42,993 nucleotides of DNA from a virus. Lineage: Duplodnaviria; Caudoviricetes. The DNA lies in the IMG/VR virus record IMGVR_UViG_3300010220_000126, positions 1 through 42,993 of that record; one strand, given 5' to 3'. Position numbers and translations under genes: made by a program. The notes under the pieces were generated by a model. The model was not told the DNA's origin, ran no database searches, and saw only the letters and a program-made list of their open reading frames with translations. Below, piece after piece: positions 7,564-16,013 of the stretch (its first letter is position 1; every line of letters begins with the position of its first letter).

Positions 7564-8058
7564 ATGGATGAAAAGGCGGCGCGCCTGACCCTCAAAGCCG
7601 CGTTTCGGCGGCTGGTGAAATTTGCCGGCGGCGTGGAATTGGCAGGGGCCGAAATCGGCGCCAATGCCGGCAATGTCTCGAAATATGGCGGCCCGGACTA
7701 CCGCGAAATGCCGCCGCTCATGGCCGTGGCCAGACTCGAGGCCGAGACCGGCGAACCGGCGGTGACGCGGGTTCTTGCCGACATGGCCGGTTATCGGCTG
7801 GTACCGCGCGGCGGCGGCGGCGGGGGCGATGACGTTTTTGTCGTGCGCCATGCGCAGCTCATGAAAGAGGTCGCGGACGCGGCGGCGGAGATCGCCGACG
7901 CGATCGGCGACCGGACCATAACCCCGGCGGAAGCCGCTCGGATCAACACCGAACTTGCCGACGTGACGGAAGCGATTTCGCGCCTGCAAGCGCTGTTGGC
8001 TGGCGGCGGCGTGGTGGACGCCTTCGGCCATGCCGGGCGGGCGAAAAAGGGGATCTGA
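7564..8058 (+). CDS. CII-like phage regulatory protein
   Basis: LKAAFRRLVKFAGGVE...PL..VARLEAETGEPAVTRVLA..GYRL...MKE.AD...I..A..D..ITPAEA; position after cro. Confidence 0.75.
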   Translation: MDEKAARLTLKAAFRRLVKFAGGVELAGAEIGANAGNVSKYGGPDYREMPPLMAVARLEAETGEPAVTRVLADMAGYRLVPRGGGGGGDDVFVVRHAQLMKEVADAAAEIADAIGDRTITPAEAARINTELADVTEAISRLQALLAGGGVVDAFGHAGRAKKGI

Positions 8059-8061
8059 CCC

Positions 8062-8211
8062 ATGGGGCACTGGTTGGCGGAAAGTTGGGCGTGGTTCGCG
8101 GAATTTTTCGCGGCGATGGCCGTGGTGTTCATCGGCGTTTTTCTGTTCGTCGCCGCCCTTTATGGCGGTGCGGTCGCCGCCGTCCGGCTGGTCGATTTCA
8201 TCGCGGGGTAA
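8062..8211 (+). CDS. Small membrane protein (49 aa, below the ORF-track cutoff)
   Basis: MGHWLAESWAWFAEFFAAMAVVFIGVFLFVAALYGGAVAAVRLVDFIAG; exactly fills the gap between its neighbours. Confidence 0.55.
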   Translation: MGHWLAESWAWFAEFFAAMAVVFIGVFLFVAALYGGAVAAVRLVDFIAG

Positions 8212-8216
8212 AGGAC

Positions 8217-8609
8217 ATGAGCACTGTCGCGAACAGCAGTCACATCACGGCGGCCCGGCGCGATCTGAATGAGGCGATCGCACGCGCTCGGACTGCGTGG
8301 GCAAAAGAAGGTCAGGACGATGGCGGCGGCCTGACGCCGGCCGATGACCTGATTTCGTCCGGGATCGCCTTGCAGGAATTCGCGCGGCTGTCCGACGGCG
8401 ACCGTCTGCTTTACCCGCACGGCTCGCCTATCAGCGGCTGGCGCTTTGCTAAATGGAGTTGGGAGGCGTTGCCGCCACGGGCGGCGTTGGTCAAGGGGAT
8501 CGCGCTTGTCGTGGTCGGCTATGAGCGCCGCGTCGTCGAAGCCGCGAGCGAAGCCGAAGAGGCGCGCAAGGCCGCCCGGCACGCCGCCGATACCGATCTG
8601 CCATTTTGA
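8217..8609 (+). CDS. Hypothetical phage protein
   Basis: AAGGA RBS before ATG 8217; ends DTDLPF (SSB-tail-like). Confidence 0.65.
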   Translation: MSTVANSSHITAARRDLNEAIARARTAWAKEGQDDGGGLTPADDLISSGIALQEFARLSDGDRLLYPHGSPISGWRFAKWSWEALPPRAALVKGIALVVVGYERRVVEAASEAEEARKAARHAADTDLPF

Positions 8610-8619
8610 GGGCGTGCCG

Positions 8620-8943
8620 ATGACGAATTCGTCAGGCTCCTACGGTCTCTCTCTAAAGGCGCATTTACGCGCTTATGACCGGTTGCCGATGCGTGTTCGT
8701 GAGCGGTTGCAGCGTGCCAATTGTGATTGGGTCGTGACTAGGCTTGCGGACAGATGGGACAGAGGCTTGGCGACGGTCGAGGAACTCATTGCCACTATCG
8801 ACCGGTGGGACCGGGAAGACACAGAAACGCACTTTGCGCGGCTTGAGCGCATGGCGCGGACGGGAACCGACTACCACGCACGATTGACGAAAAAGGGGCT
8901 CAAGAAATACGGCGCCTTGGCGAATGGTGATGACAATGGCTGA
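8620..8943 (+). CDS. Hypothetical protein (DUF6525-like)
   Basis: LRAYDRLPMRVRERLQRANCDW motif; GAGGG RBS. Confidence 0.55.
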   Translation: MTNSSGSYGLSLKAHLRAYDRLPMRVRERLQRANCDWVVTRLADRWDRGLATVEELIATIDRWDREDTETHFARLERMARTGTDYHARLTKKGLKKYGALANGDDNG

Positions 8944-9904
8944 AAAGACCGCGATCGAATGGACTGACGCGACGGTCAACTTTTGGTGGGGCTGCACCAA
9001 GGTGGGGCCGGGCTGCGACAACTGTTATGCGGATAGCCACGCGAGCCGCTTCGGCGAAAGCCTGTGGGGCGCGGGCGTGCCGCGCCGCAAGATCAAGGGC
9101 GCCGTCGCGCTGTTGCGCCGGCTCGACCGGCGGTACGCAGATGCGGGCAACGGGGCGGCCTTTGGGGTGTCGGCGCCGAAATACAGCCGGCGACGGCGGG
9201 TTTTCGTGCAATCCATGTCGGACCTGTTCGACAACGACGTGCCGCTTGCCTGGTTCGATGAAGCCTGGACGACGATCGAAGAGTGCGGCCGTGTCGATAT
9301 CCAGGTCGTGACCAAGCGGGTCAGCAATGTGGAAAAGCGGCTTGCGGCGATCGGCCGAACGGCATGGCAGAAACATGCTGGACTGATCATCACCGTCGTG
9401 AACCAGGAAGAGGCGGATCGCGACGTGCCGCGCCTGTTGGCACTGAAAGAACGGCTCGGCATTCCGTGGGTGGGGCTTTCAATCGAGCCGATGTTGGGGC
9501 CGATTGATCTAACACGGATCGCGGTCGCGGGTGGTTGGTATGACGCTTTGTCCGGTTGGCGCAATGTCAAAGAGCGGTTTGCCGGTATCGGGTATTTGCT
9601 CGATTGGGTCATCGTCGGTGGCGAAAGCGGGCCGGATGCGCGGCTGATGCATCTAGATTGCCCGCGCGCGATCCGCGACCAATGCGCGGCGGCGGGCGTG
9701 CCGTTCTTTTTCAAGCAGTGGGGTGAGTGGTTGCCGATTGATTCTGGTCATCCGGGCCTTAGAGGCCCCGGCTTCGGACGGTTTGATCACTGTCCGGTTA
9801 ACGAGGCGGGCAATGCAACGCACGTCCGTGCTGGCAAGAAAGCTGCCGGCCATCTACTCGACGGTGTCGAGCACCACGAGTTTCCGAAGTGGATCGCCGC
9901 ATGA
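8936..9904 (+). CDS. Phage Gp37/Gp68 (DUF5131) family protein
   Basis: TAIEWTDATVNFWWGCTKVGPGCDNCYA...RVFVQSMSDLF...TKR...SIEPMLGP...DWVIVGGESG...PFFFKQWG. Confidence 0.92.
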   Translation: MAEKTAIEWTDATVNFWWGCTKVGPGCDNCYADSHASRFGESLWGAGVPRRKIKGAVALLRRLDRRYADAGNGAAFGVSAPKYSRRRRVFVQSMSDLFDNDVPLAWFDEAWTTIEECGRVDIQVVTKRVSNVEKRLAAIGRTAWQKHAGLIITVVNQEEADRDVPRLLALKERLGIPWVGLSIEPMLGPIDLTRIAVAGGWYDALSGWRNVKERFAGIGYLLDWVIVGGESGPDARLMHLDCPRAIRDQCAAAGVPFFFKQWGEWLPIDSGHPGLRGPGFGRFDHCPVNEAGNATHVRAGKKAAGHLLDGVEHHEFPKWIAA

Positions 9905-10158
9905 CGTTGCATCTGGTTTCGTCAAATCCGTCGGCATTCTGCATCGGTTGGCCGAGTCCTTTCGGGGGCTGCTATCGCAGCGTCTGCGCACGGTGTGGTC
10001 GTGATATCGCGGTGCCGCGCGATCTTCATGGCCAGATGGTGTGGTGCCTCTATTGCGGGCTGGACGCTGGCTTGGTGCCGCCGGTCGACGTTCCCATAGG
10101 TGCTTACGCTCACGACGGATGCACGGTGTGGCACGAAGCGCGGGGGCGCCTGACATGA
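9901..10158 (+). CDS. Small Cys-rich hypothetical protein (CARC..CLYC)
   Basis: ATGA-coupled on both sides. Confidence 0.6.
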   Translation: MTLHLVSSNPSAFCIGWPSPFGGCYRSVCARCGRDIAVPRDLHGQMVWCLYCGLDAGLVPPVDVPIGAYAHDGCTVWHEARGRLT

Positions 10159-10523
10159 CCCGGCCGCGCCGTATTCAGCTTTCGAGGAAAAAGGGCTTTC
10201 GCCTGCAAGAGCATTCGCACGCCTTGAACGGCCGGCCGGCGGTGGTCGTGAGTCGACCGTCCAGGTGGGGAAATCCGTTTGTGATCGGTCGCGAATATGT
10301 GCGGCGTAGCATGGCGCCGGGCGGCGGGGAAATTGCTGGCGTCGTCTGTGACGCCGCGCAGGCCGTACAACTTTTTCGCCGGTTCACGGCCCGTGAAACT
10401 CAACTACGGATCGACGCCGCGCGCGAACTTAGGGGCAAGAACCTCGCCTGTTGGTGTCCGCTCGACGGGCCGTGCCACGCGGACGTTTTGCTCAAGATAG
10501 CGAACGGGGAGGACGCGAAATGA
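10155..10523 (+). CDS. DUF4326 family protein
   Basis: PRRIQLSRKKGFR...VVVSRPSRWGNPF...ELRGKNLACWCPLDGPCHADVLLKIAN. Confidence 0.9.
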   Translation: MTRPRRIQLSRKKGFRLQEHSHALNGRPAVVVSRPSRWGNPFVIGREYVRRSMAPGGGEIAGVVCDAAQAVQLFRRFTARETQLRIDAARELRGKNLACWCPLDGPCHADVLLKIANGEDAK

Positions 10524-11671
10524 CCTATCCGTCGCACCCTTTCGCCGATCTGTTTCCGATGATCGACGGCCCGGATTTCGACCGGCTTGTCGAGGATATC
10601 CGAGCGCATGGGCTAATCGAGCCCGTGGTGCTGTTGGATGGCAAAATCCTGGACGGCCGCAACCGGGCGCGGGCCTGCGAGGTGATCGGGATCGAGCCGG
10701 TCACACGCGCCTTTGACGGCAACGATCCGCTGCAATTCGTGCTGTCCTTGAACCTGCGACGGCGGCACCTGACAGCCAGCCAGCGGGCGCTTATCGCGGC
10801 ACGTCTGGAAACGCTAAGGCAAGGAAAAACAAAGGAAAATGCCGGCAAACAGGCAAAATTGCCTGTTTCGCGCGACGACGCGGCGGCGGCCTTGAACGTC
10901 TCGCGAAGGTCCGTCACCGACGCCAAGAAGGTGATGACCGACGCGGCGAAGCCGGTGGCGGCTGCGGTGGAGCGCGGCGACCTCGCGGTCGATGTGGCGG
11001 CCAAGCTAACCGCGATGCCGAAGCCGGCGCAAACGGCGATCCTGAAGCGGGCCAAGACCGACGGCGGCATCGATGGCCGGCGGGTCGGCCAGGAGATCAA
11101 ACGGGCGGCGCGGGCGGCGCGCGAACGCGAGCTTGGGGCGCGCCAACAGGCCTTGCCGGACCGGCCCTATGGGGTCGTCTATGCCGACCCGCCGTGGCGC
11201 TTCAAGCCGTTCTCGGACGATACCGGCATGGACCGGGCGGCGGACAATCACTATCCGACGCAACCGCTCGACGTCATCAAGGGTCACCGGCCGGTGACGG
11301 CCGATGACGCGGTGCTGTTTCTATGGGCAACCGCGCCGATGCTGGTCGAAGCGTTGGAGGTCATGGCGGCTTGGGGGTTCGCCTATAAGTCGCACGCGAT
11401 CTGGGACAAGGTGAAGGCCGGGACCGGCTACTGGTTCCGATCGCAGCACGAGGTGCTTTTGGTCGGCACCAAGGGCAATCCGCCCGCCCCCGCCGATGTG
11501 CCGCCAAGCCTTTTCTCCGAGCGCGCGACGCGTCACAGCGCCAAGCCGGCCATCTTTCGCGAGATCATTGGAGACCTGTTCGAGACCCTGCCGAAACTCG
11601 AAATGTATTGCCGCGATCCGGCGCCGGGCTGGGACGTGTGGGGGTTCGAGGCGGACGGGGGCGGGGGATGA
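10520..11671 (+). CDS. ParB/Srx-like domain fused to an MT-A70 family adenine methyltransferase
   Basis: HPFADLFP...LVEDIRAHG..EPVVL...ILDGRNR...NLRRRHLT; C-terminal YADPPW...HYPT...LFLWAT...WGF.YK...HS.KP...KLEMYCR..GWDVWG. Confidence 0.9.
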   Translation: MTYPSHPFADLFPMIDGPDFDRLVEDIRAHGLIEPVVLLDGKILDGRNRARACEVIGIEPVTRAFDGNDPLQFVLSLNLRRRHLTASQRALIAARLETLRQGKTKENAGKQAKLPVSRDDAAAALNVSRRSVTDAKKVMTDAAKPVAAAVERGDLAVDVAAKLTAMPKPAQTAILKRAKTDGGIDGRRVGQEIKRAARAARERELGARQQALPDRPYGVVYADPPWRFKPFSDDTGMDRAADNHYPTQPLDVIKGHRPVTADDAVLFLWATAPMLVEALEVMAAWGFAYKSHAIWDKVKAGTGYWFRSQHEVLLVGTKGNPPAPADVPPSLFSERATRHSAKPAIFREIIGDLFETLPKLEMYCRDPAPGWDVWGFEADGGGG

Positions 11672-12150
11672 GGCACATTCAACCGTTTCTGTTCGGTTCG
11701 GGCTGGATAGAAGTCAAGGATGGCAATGACACGGCTCGTGCGATCTTCGACCAGCACTACAGCCGGTATCACTATCGTGATGGTCGAAAGCCGCTGTTGT
11801 TCGTCGGTCCGGGTGAAAAACTCGTTTTGATGACGGCGGACGCGGACGCCCTTTGCGTTTGGCGCAAATTCATCAGCAATGATGACCAGGAAGGCGTCAA
11901 CTGTGCCGTCTTTCGCCGCGAAGGCGGCCATGTGGCGAGTGACCTTTTGAGGCAGGCTATGGGCGCCGCGTGGCGGCGCTGGCCCGGGGAGCGACTCTAT
12001 ACCTATGTCGATCCGGTGGCGGTTAAACCAACCATGCGTGCATCGCGTCCGACATGGGGGCATTGCTTCTATCAGGCCGGCTGGACATTCGCGGGGCTCA
12101 CGAAGAAGCGGCTTCATATCTTGGAATGCCGTTATGGGGGCGGGGAATGA
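11668..12150 (+). CDS. Conserved phage protein, possible Mom-like/GNAT-fold DNA-modifying enzyme
   Basis: HYS near the N-terminus, ASDLL, LYTYVD...GHCFYQAGWTFAG resemble the Mom-family HY / SYAD..G..Y.A.NW pattern. Confidence 0.55.
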   Translation: MRHIQPFLFGSGWIEVKDGNDTARAIFDQHYSRYHYRDGRKPLLFVGPGEKLVLMTADADALCVWRKFISNDDQEGVNCAVFRREGGHVASDLLRQAMGAAWRRWPGERLYTYVDPVAVKPTMRASRPTWGHCFYQAGWTFAGLTKKRLHILECRYGGGE

Positions 12151-12740
12151 CCGACAAACGGGTCGCCGTCCTCTTTGCGCGCCGGGATAGCATCTACAAG
12201 CGCTATCCACATTGCGACGTCTATGACGTCGACCGGGATGCACGCACATATGGTGGTGATCTGCCCATCATCGCGCATCCGCCATGCAGGGCGTGGGGTG
12301 CGTTGCGTCGCTTCGCGAAGCCGGCACCAGGCGAAAAAGAGCTGGCGATTTGGGCTATTGATCGCATTCGCTCCAACGGGGGTGTGCTTGAACACCCGCG
12401 TGCGTCATCGCTGTGGCCGGCTCTTGGGTTGCCCACCGGGCGTGACGTCGACCAGTGGGGCGGTTTCACGCTTGATGTCAACCAAAGTTGGTGGGGTCAC
12501 CTCGCACAAAAGCGATCGTTTTTCTATGTCTGCGGCTGCTTACGTCGGGACGTGCCGACAATTCCCTTGTCGCTGTCGTTGCCAAAAAAGGTCGTCGCGA
12601 CGTCAAGGTCTCGCAAGGGTTCGTCTGGTGTCCACCTTCCGAAGAGCCTTCGTGAGGTGACTCCGCCACATATGGCTGAATGGCTGATCTCGCTGGCGTT
12701 GGCGATATCGGAGCGTCGTGCGGATGGTGAAGCCGCATGA
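12147..12740 (+). CDS. Minimal/degenerate C5-cytosine DNA methyltransferase-like protein
   Basis: AVLFA (motif I-like), IIAHPPCRAW (PC catalytic motif), VLEHP (ENV-like), Q.WWGH..QKRS, R.VTP..MAEWL. Confidence 0.7.
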   Translation: MTDKRVAVLFARRDSIYKRYPHCDVYDVDRDARTYGGDLPIIAHPPCRAWGALRRFAKPAPGEKELAIWAIDRIRSNGGVLEHPRASSLWPALGLPTGRDVDQWGGFTLDVNQSWWGHLAQKRSFFYVCGCLRRDVPTIPLSLSLPKKVVATSRSRKGSSGVHLPKSLREVTPPHMAEWLISLALAISERRADGEAA

Positions 12741-12747
12741 ACGCGCC

Positions 12748-13068
12748 CTACCCCGCCTTTTTCGACTTGCGTTCGCTGGCCGGCGTGCCGTCCAGCCCGA
12801 GCGCGACGCGCAGCGCCGCGTTGGCGCGCGTCTGCCAGCCCTTCGGCTCTGGCGTTTTCAGCGCGGCTATCACGTCGTTGTCGAGCATGATCGACGTTGC
12901 CGTTTTGTTGCTTCCGGCCGGGCGGCCGGGGCCGCGCTTGATCGCCTTGGCGTTGGCCGGGATTTCCCATGTGTCGGGATCGGCGGCGATGCCGCGCCGA
13001 ATTTTCGCGTCTTCCGCTGCGGTGGGCATATGCACCTTCGGTGCCTTGCGAGCCTTAGCCATTTTCAT
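12748..13068 (-). CDS. brnA: BrnA family antitoxin
   Basis: EDAKIRRGIAADPD...RGPGRP...K.ATSIMLDNDVIAALK....GWQTRANAALR. Confidence 0.85.
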   Translation of the reverse strand: MKMAKARKAPKVHMPTAAEDAKIRRGIAADPDTWEIPANAKAIKRGPGRPAGSNKTATSIMLDNDVIAALKTPEPKGWQTRANAALRVALGLDGTPASERKSKKAG

Positions 13069-13327
13069 AGTCCTTTCTCCATGTCCGCACTTCGCGCGCC
13101 GTGGCAAGGCGCAACGAGATCACGCGGGTTTTCCGGCCGCGCATCGTGATGACCGCGACGTGAACGTCATCGCCGATCGGCGCGGCCCAGACTTCGCGCT
13201 CCTCGCCATCGACGACGTGGATATCGAAGCAGACCGAAAAGTCATGCTCGAAGCGGCCATATTCGGCAAGGGAAACGCCGTGCTTGGCAATGTTGGCCTT
13301 GTCCTTGTTGGGGTCGAATTCAAACAT
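13055..13327 (-). CDS. brnT: BrnT family ribonuclease toxin
   Basis: FEFDPNKDKANIAKHGVSL...GEER...V.VIT.RG...RVISLRLAT.RE. Confidence 0.9.
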   Translation of the reverse strand: MFEFDPNKDKANIAKHGVSLAEYGRFEHDFSVCFDIHVVDGEEREVWAAPIGDDVHVAVITMRGRKTRVISLRLATAREVRTWRKDYENG

Positions 13328-13344
13328 TGGTCCGCTCCGTTCGA

Positions 13345-13402
13345 TGTAATTAATCTATATATATTTATTCGGGCTGTCAACAATAAATCACTATATTTTT
13401 AT
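13345..13402 (-). promoter_or_regulatory. AT-rich brnTA promoter/operator
   Basis: Minus-strand TTGACA (13375-13380) with a TATA-rich tract downstream; inverted ATTTATT/AATAAAT around it. Confidence 0.6.
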
Positions 13403-13422
13403 TCGGCCGCGATGAGGTGGCC

Positions 13423-13635
13423 ATGAGCGGCGCGACCTCTTTGGGGCTGACAGGTGTCAGCCTGTTTGACCCGGACAGAAACGCGCAAGATGGCTACGCG
13501 TTGGCGCTTGCCGCGATCCGCGAACGGCGCGTGCGGGCGGGCGAAATCAGCCCGCGCAACGACCAAGAGCGGCGGTGGGCCGATGAGGGCGCGGTGGCGC
13601 CGTCGCAGCTCGATACGGTGAGGGCGGGCCTATGA
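13423..13635 (+). CDS. Hypothetical phage protein
   Basis: GAGGTGG RBS, 70 aa. Confidence 0.6.
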   Translation: MSGATSLGLTGVSLFDPDRNAQDGYALALAAIRERRVRAGEISPRNDQERRWADEGAVAPSQLDTVRAGL

Positions 13636-14321
13636 GCTTTGAGGGGAGCGGCTTACCAGTGGCAGGCATCACGCAAGGGCGCGATGGATTGGGCAAGGCC
13701 GGTGATATCGAATTCCGCAATCGCGTACCCGCCGTTATGGGTCGGTGCGCGGACGTAGAGACTGGTGCCGCCGAAAAGACCCTTGATGAAAGGAATGGCC
13801 ACCGCGCCGGTCCACAAGCCGACCGTGTCGCGGCTTGTAGATGGCCGGAATCGCTGCTTTCTCGGCTTGCCGTCGTCTATTCGATAGTCTGCGGTGATGG
13901 CTCGGTACGACGAAAAGAAGGCGTCGGCGAAGGTGATCCGTGCGGTCGTGGTGTTTTCGACACAGCCAAGCGTCAGCGTGTGCTTGCCCTTTTTGGCGAC
14001 CGTGACGACGCCGATCAGGGGAGAGTCGTCAAGCTTCGATTTCCCGCGATGCACGAACCACGCACCGGCTTTCACCGTCTCAGCCGGAAGTGGGGCGCCG
14101 TCATGCGTCGTGTGGGTTTGCGGCGCCGCGTTGGCCTTGTCGTAGCAGGCAAGACGTTTCGCGTCGTCGGTGATCTCCCTGCATCGCTCGGCCATAGCCG
14201 GGCTCGGTGCGGTAAGCAGGACAGCAAGAACAATGAGCGCGCGCATGGCCTTTCTCTCGGTCGGTGCCGGCGCTCATTCCATCTGAATAGAGCCCCCAGC
14301 GCAAGAGGTGTGGTCCGATGA
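13632..14321 (+). other. Sense-strand bridging ORF 2 (229 aa) spanning the antisense VasI/TagO-like gene
   Basis: Starts in ATGA 13632-13635 and ends in ATGA 14318-14321 (start of the replication gene). Translation not demonstrated. Confidence 0.5.
13653..14246 (-). CDS. Exported protein resembling the T6SS-associated VasI/TagO family (moron)
   Basis: Signal peptide; C..I.DD.KRLACYD, SKLDDS, L.LGC.ENTT, YRIDD, AEFDITGL...I.PLR.ACHW; GAAAGG RBS. Confidence 0.78.
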   Translation of the reverse strand: MRALIVLAVLLTAPSPAMAERCREITDDAKRLACYDKANAAPQTHTTHDGAPLPAETVKAGAWFVHRGKSKLDDSPLIGVVTVAKKGKHTLTLGCVENTTTARITFADAFFSSYRAITADYRIDDGKPRKQRFRPSTSRDTVGLWTGAVAIPFIKGLFGGTSLYVRAPTHNGGYAIAEFDITGLAQSIAPLRDACHW

Positions 14322-15352
14322 GTTGGCAGGCAACCGCGTGGGCAAAGACACAGACGGCCGGCGGCGGTGTGCGCAAGGCGGTGTTGATGATCCTTGCCGA
14401 AAACTGCCACGCCAATGGGCAGGCGATCGTCTCGGTTCGCCAGATCGCCGTTGAGGCCGAAATCCACGAACGGTCCGTGTTGCGCCATATCAAGGCGCTT
14501 GAAGAGCGCGGGCTTATCGAGGTGCGCAAGCGCAAGCGGGCGAACGGCGAACAGGACTGGAACGCCTATATCCTGCCGTTCCATCAGACGTCCGTGGAAC
14601 TGCGGTACGATCCGGGTGACTCTGTGTCACCCGGTGAGGGGAACGCCGCTGATTCGGGCGCTGAAGCGGCCTGTCAAGACGGTAAAAATCAGGGTGACAG
14701 CCTGTCACCCGGTGACGGGGCGCCGGGTGACAGAGACGGTCATGACCGGGTGACAGGCGTGGTCAAGCCGGGTGACTCCTGTGTCACCCCTATAGAAACA
14801 ACTAAAAAAACAACAAATAAACCCTCTAACTCTCAAGACGCGGGCGCGCGCGACGCGCCGGGCGCGGGCGATGATTATCCGCCCTTCAAGGCCTTGTTCG
14901 ATGCATGGCCGCAAGGCGCGTGGGGCGATGTGGCCAAGGCCGAAACCCATTTCGACACGATGAGCGGGGCGGATCGCCGCAAGGCTTTGGATGCTGTCGA
15001 TTGGTATATCGAGGGGCTGCGGCAACGCGGGCGCACGCTGATTCCGGCCATCGTCACCTATCTGACCGGTGGTGCTTGGCGCTATCGCGAGGAGGCCGAG
15101 CGCGCCAAGGCGGACGCGCGGGAACGGCGGCGGGATGCTGTGGCAGTGCCGGAAGCCGACACAAAGCCCAGGGTATTTGTTGCCCGGACCGATCCGCAAT
15201 GGAACGACATTGTGCATGCATCGCAGCGCGGTGACCCGCCCTGCTTCAAATCCAAAACGCATGGTGCCGAAGGGTGGATTTTCGACAAGGTCGTGGTGGA
15301 TATGGTGCGGTCGCCGGGTGCCGATCCGCCGGACGAAGATGCGGCGGAATAG
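14318..15352 (+). CDS. Phage replication initiator (N-terminal HTH)
   Basis: MSWQATAWA...KAVLMILAE...SVRQIA.EAEIHERSVLRHIKALEERGLI...N.Y; contains iterons. Confidence 0.85.
   Translation: MSWQATAWAKTQTAGGGVRKAVLMILAENCHANGQAIVSVRQIAVEAEIHERSVLRHIKALEERGLIEVRKRKRANGEQDWNAYILPFHQTSVELRYDPGDSVSPGEGNAADSGAEAACQDGKNQGDSLSPGDGAPGDRDGHDRVTGVVKPGDSCVTPIETTKKTTNKPSNSQDAGARDAPGAGDDYPPFKALFDAWPQGAWGDVAKAETHFDTMSGADRRKALDAVDWYIEGLRQRGRTLIPAIVTYLTGGAWRYREEAERAKADARERRRDAVAVPEADTKPRVFVARTDPQWNDIVHASQRGDPPCFKSKTHGAEGWIFDKVVVDMVRSPGADPPDEDAAE
14612..14836. repeat. Putative replication origin: iterons plus A-rich tract
   Basis: Repeated (CC)GGGTGAC units, three as palindromes GGGTGAC-N4-6-GTCACCC, within 14612-14790, followed by TATAGAAACAACTAAAAAAACAACAAATAAA. 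Confidence 0.8.
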
Positions 15353-15394
15353 GCGGGCATGAACTGAGGCAAGGCGAAGGGCAAGGGCAAGACG

Positions 15395-16006
15395 ATGCGG
15401 CGGAAAGAGGACGGCAAAGCGGAGATCGGCCGGGCAAAGCGGTGGGCGCGGGCGCTTAAGCGCACCCTGCGCAATGGCCACAAGGCGCGGTGGTTCGTGG
15501 TTCGTGTGCGGGCTGGTGAAGAGTTTCGGGCGGAAGAAATCCTGGCCAAGAACGGCTATGGCTGTTTCGTGCCGTTCGAAAAGAAGTGGCGGCGTCGCAG
15601 CCGCTATCAGTGCGCGCCGGAATTGGTGCGCCGGCCGTTGCTGATTCGCTACATGTTCGTCGGGTTCTCGGCCGATCCGATCGACTGGTACCGGCTGGCG
15701 TCGTTCCCGTTTGTGGAAAAGATCGTCGGTGTCGGCGGCTATCCCTTGCAGGTGCCGTGGTCCCACGTGGCGGACTTCGTGGTGCTCTACAACCAAGACG
15801 GCAGGACGGCGCCACGCGAGCAGAAGTACATGAAAGCGAATAGAGAATTCGGTGTGGGCGATCGTGTCGAGGTGTTCGGCGGGCCGTTCGACGGCAGCGT
15901 GCTGCGGGTCGAAGAGATACGCGGATCGAAGGCGAAAGTGCTGGTCGATATGCTCGGGTCCGAGCGGGCGGTGACGATCCCGGTTGACAAATTGGCGGCG
16001 GCCTGA
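15395..16006 (+). CDS. NusG-paralog transcription antiterminator
   Basis: WFVVRVRAGEE...GCFVP...PLLIRYMFVGF (NGN domain) and FGVGDRVEVFGGPFDG...KVLVDMLG (KOW domain); sits in the lambda Q position. Confidence 0.9.
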   Translation: MRRKEDGKAEIGRAKRWARALKRTLRNGHKARWFVVRVRAGEEFRAEEILAKNGYGCFVPFEKKWRRRSRYQCAPELVRRPLLIRYMFVGFSADPIDWYRLASFPFVEKIVGVGGYPLQVPWSHVADFVVLYNQDGRTAPREQKYMKANREFGVGDRVEVFGGPFDGSVLRVEEIRGSKAKVLVDMLGSERAVTIPVDKLAAA

Positions 16007-16013
16007 CCAACAA

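Larger units (their letters stand above)
12737..13426 (+). other. Sense-strand bridging ORF 1 (229 aa) spanning the antisense brnT/brnA module
   Basis: Starts in ATGA 12737-12740 (stop of the upstream gene) and ends in ATGA 13423-13426 (start of the next gene). Translation not demonstrated. Confidence 0.55.

Noticed and set aside
10520-12740. Restriction-modification system
   Set aside because: No endonuclease gene is adjacent; the only nuclease-like gene is the packaging HNH.
13653-14246. Type VI secretion locus
   Set aside because: Only one VasI-like gene; no tss, hcp or vgrG genes.
14612-14790. CRISPR-like repeat array
   Set aside because: Repeats are short, irregularly spaced and inside a coding gene, with no cas genes; they fit iterons.
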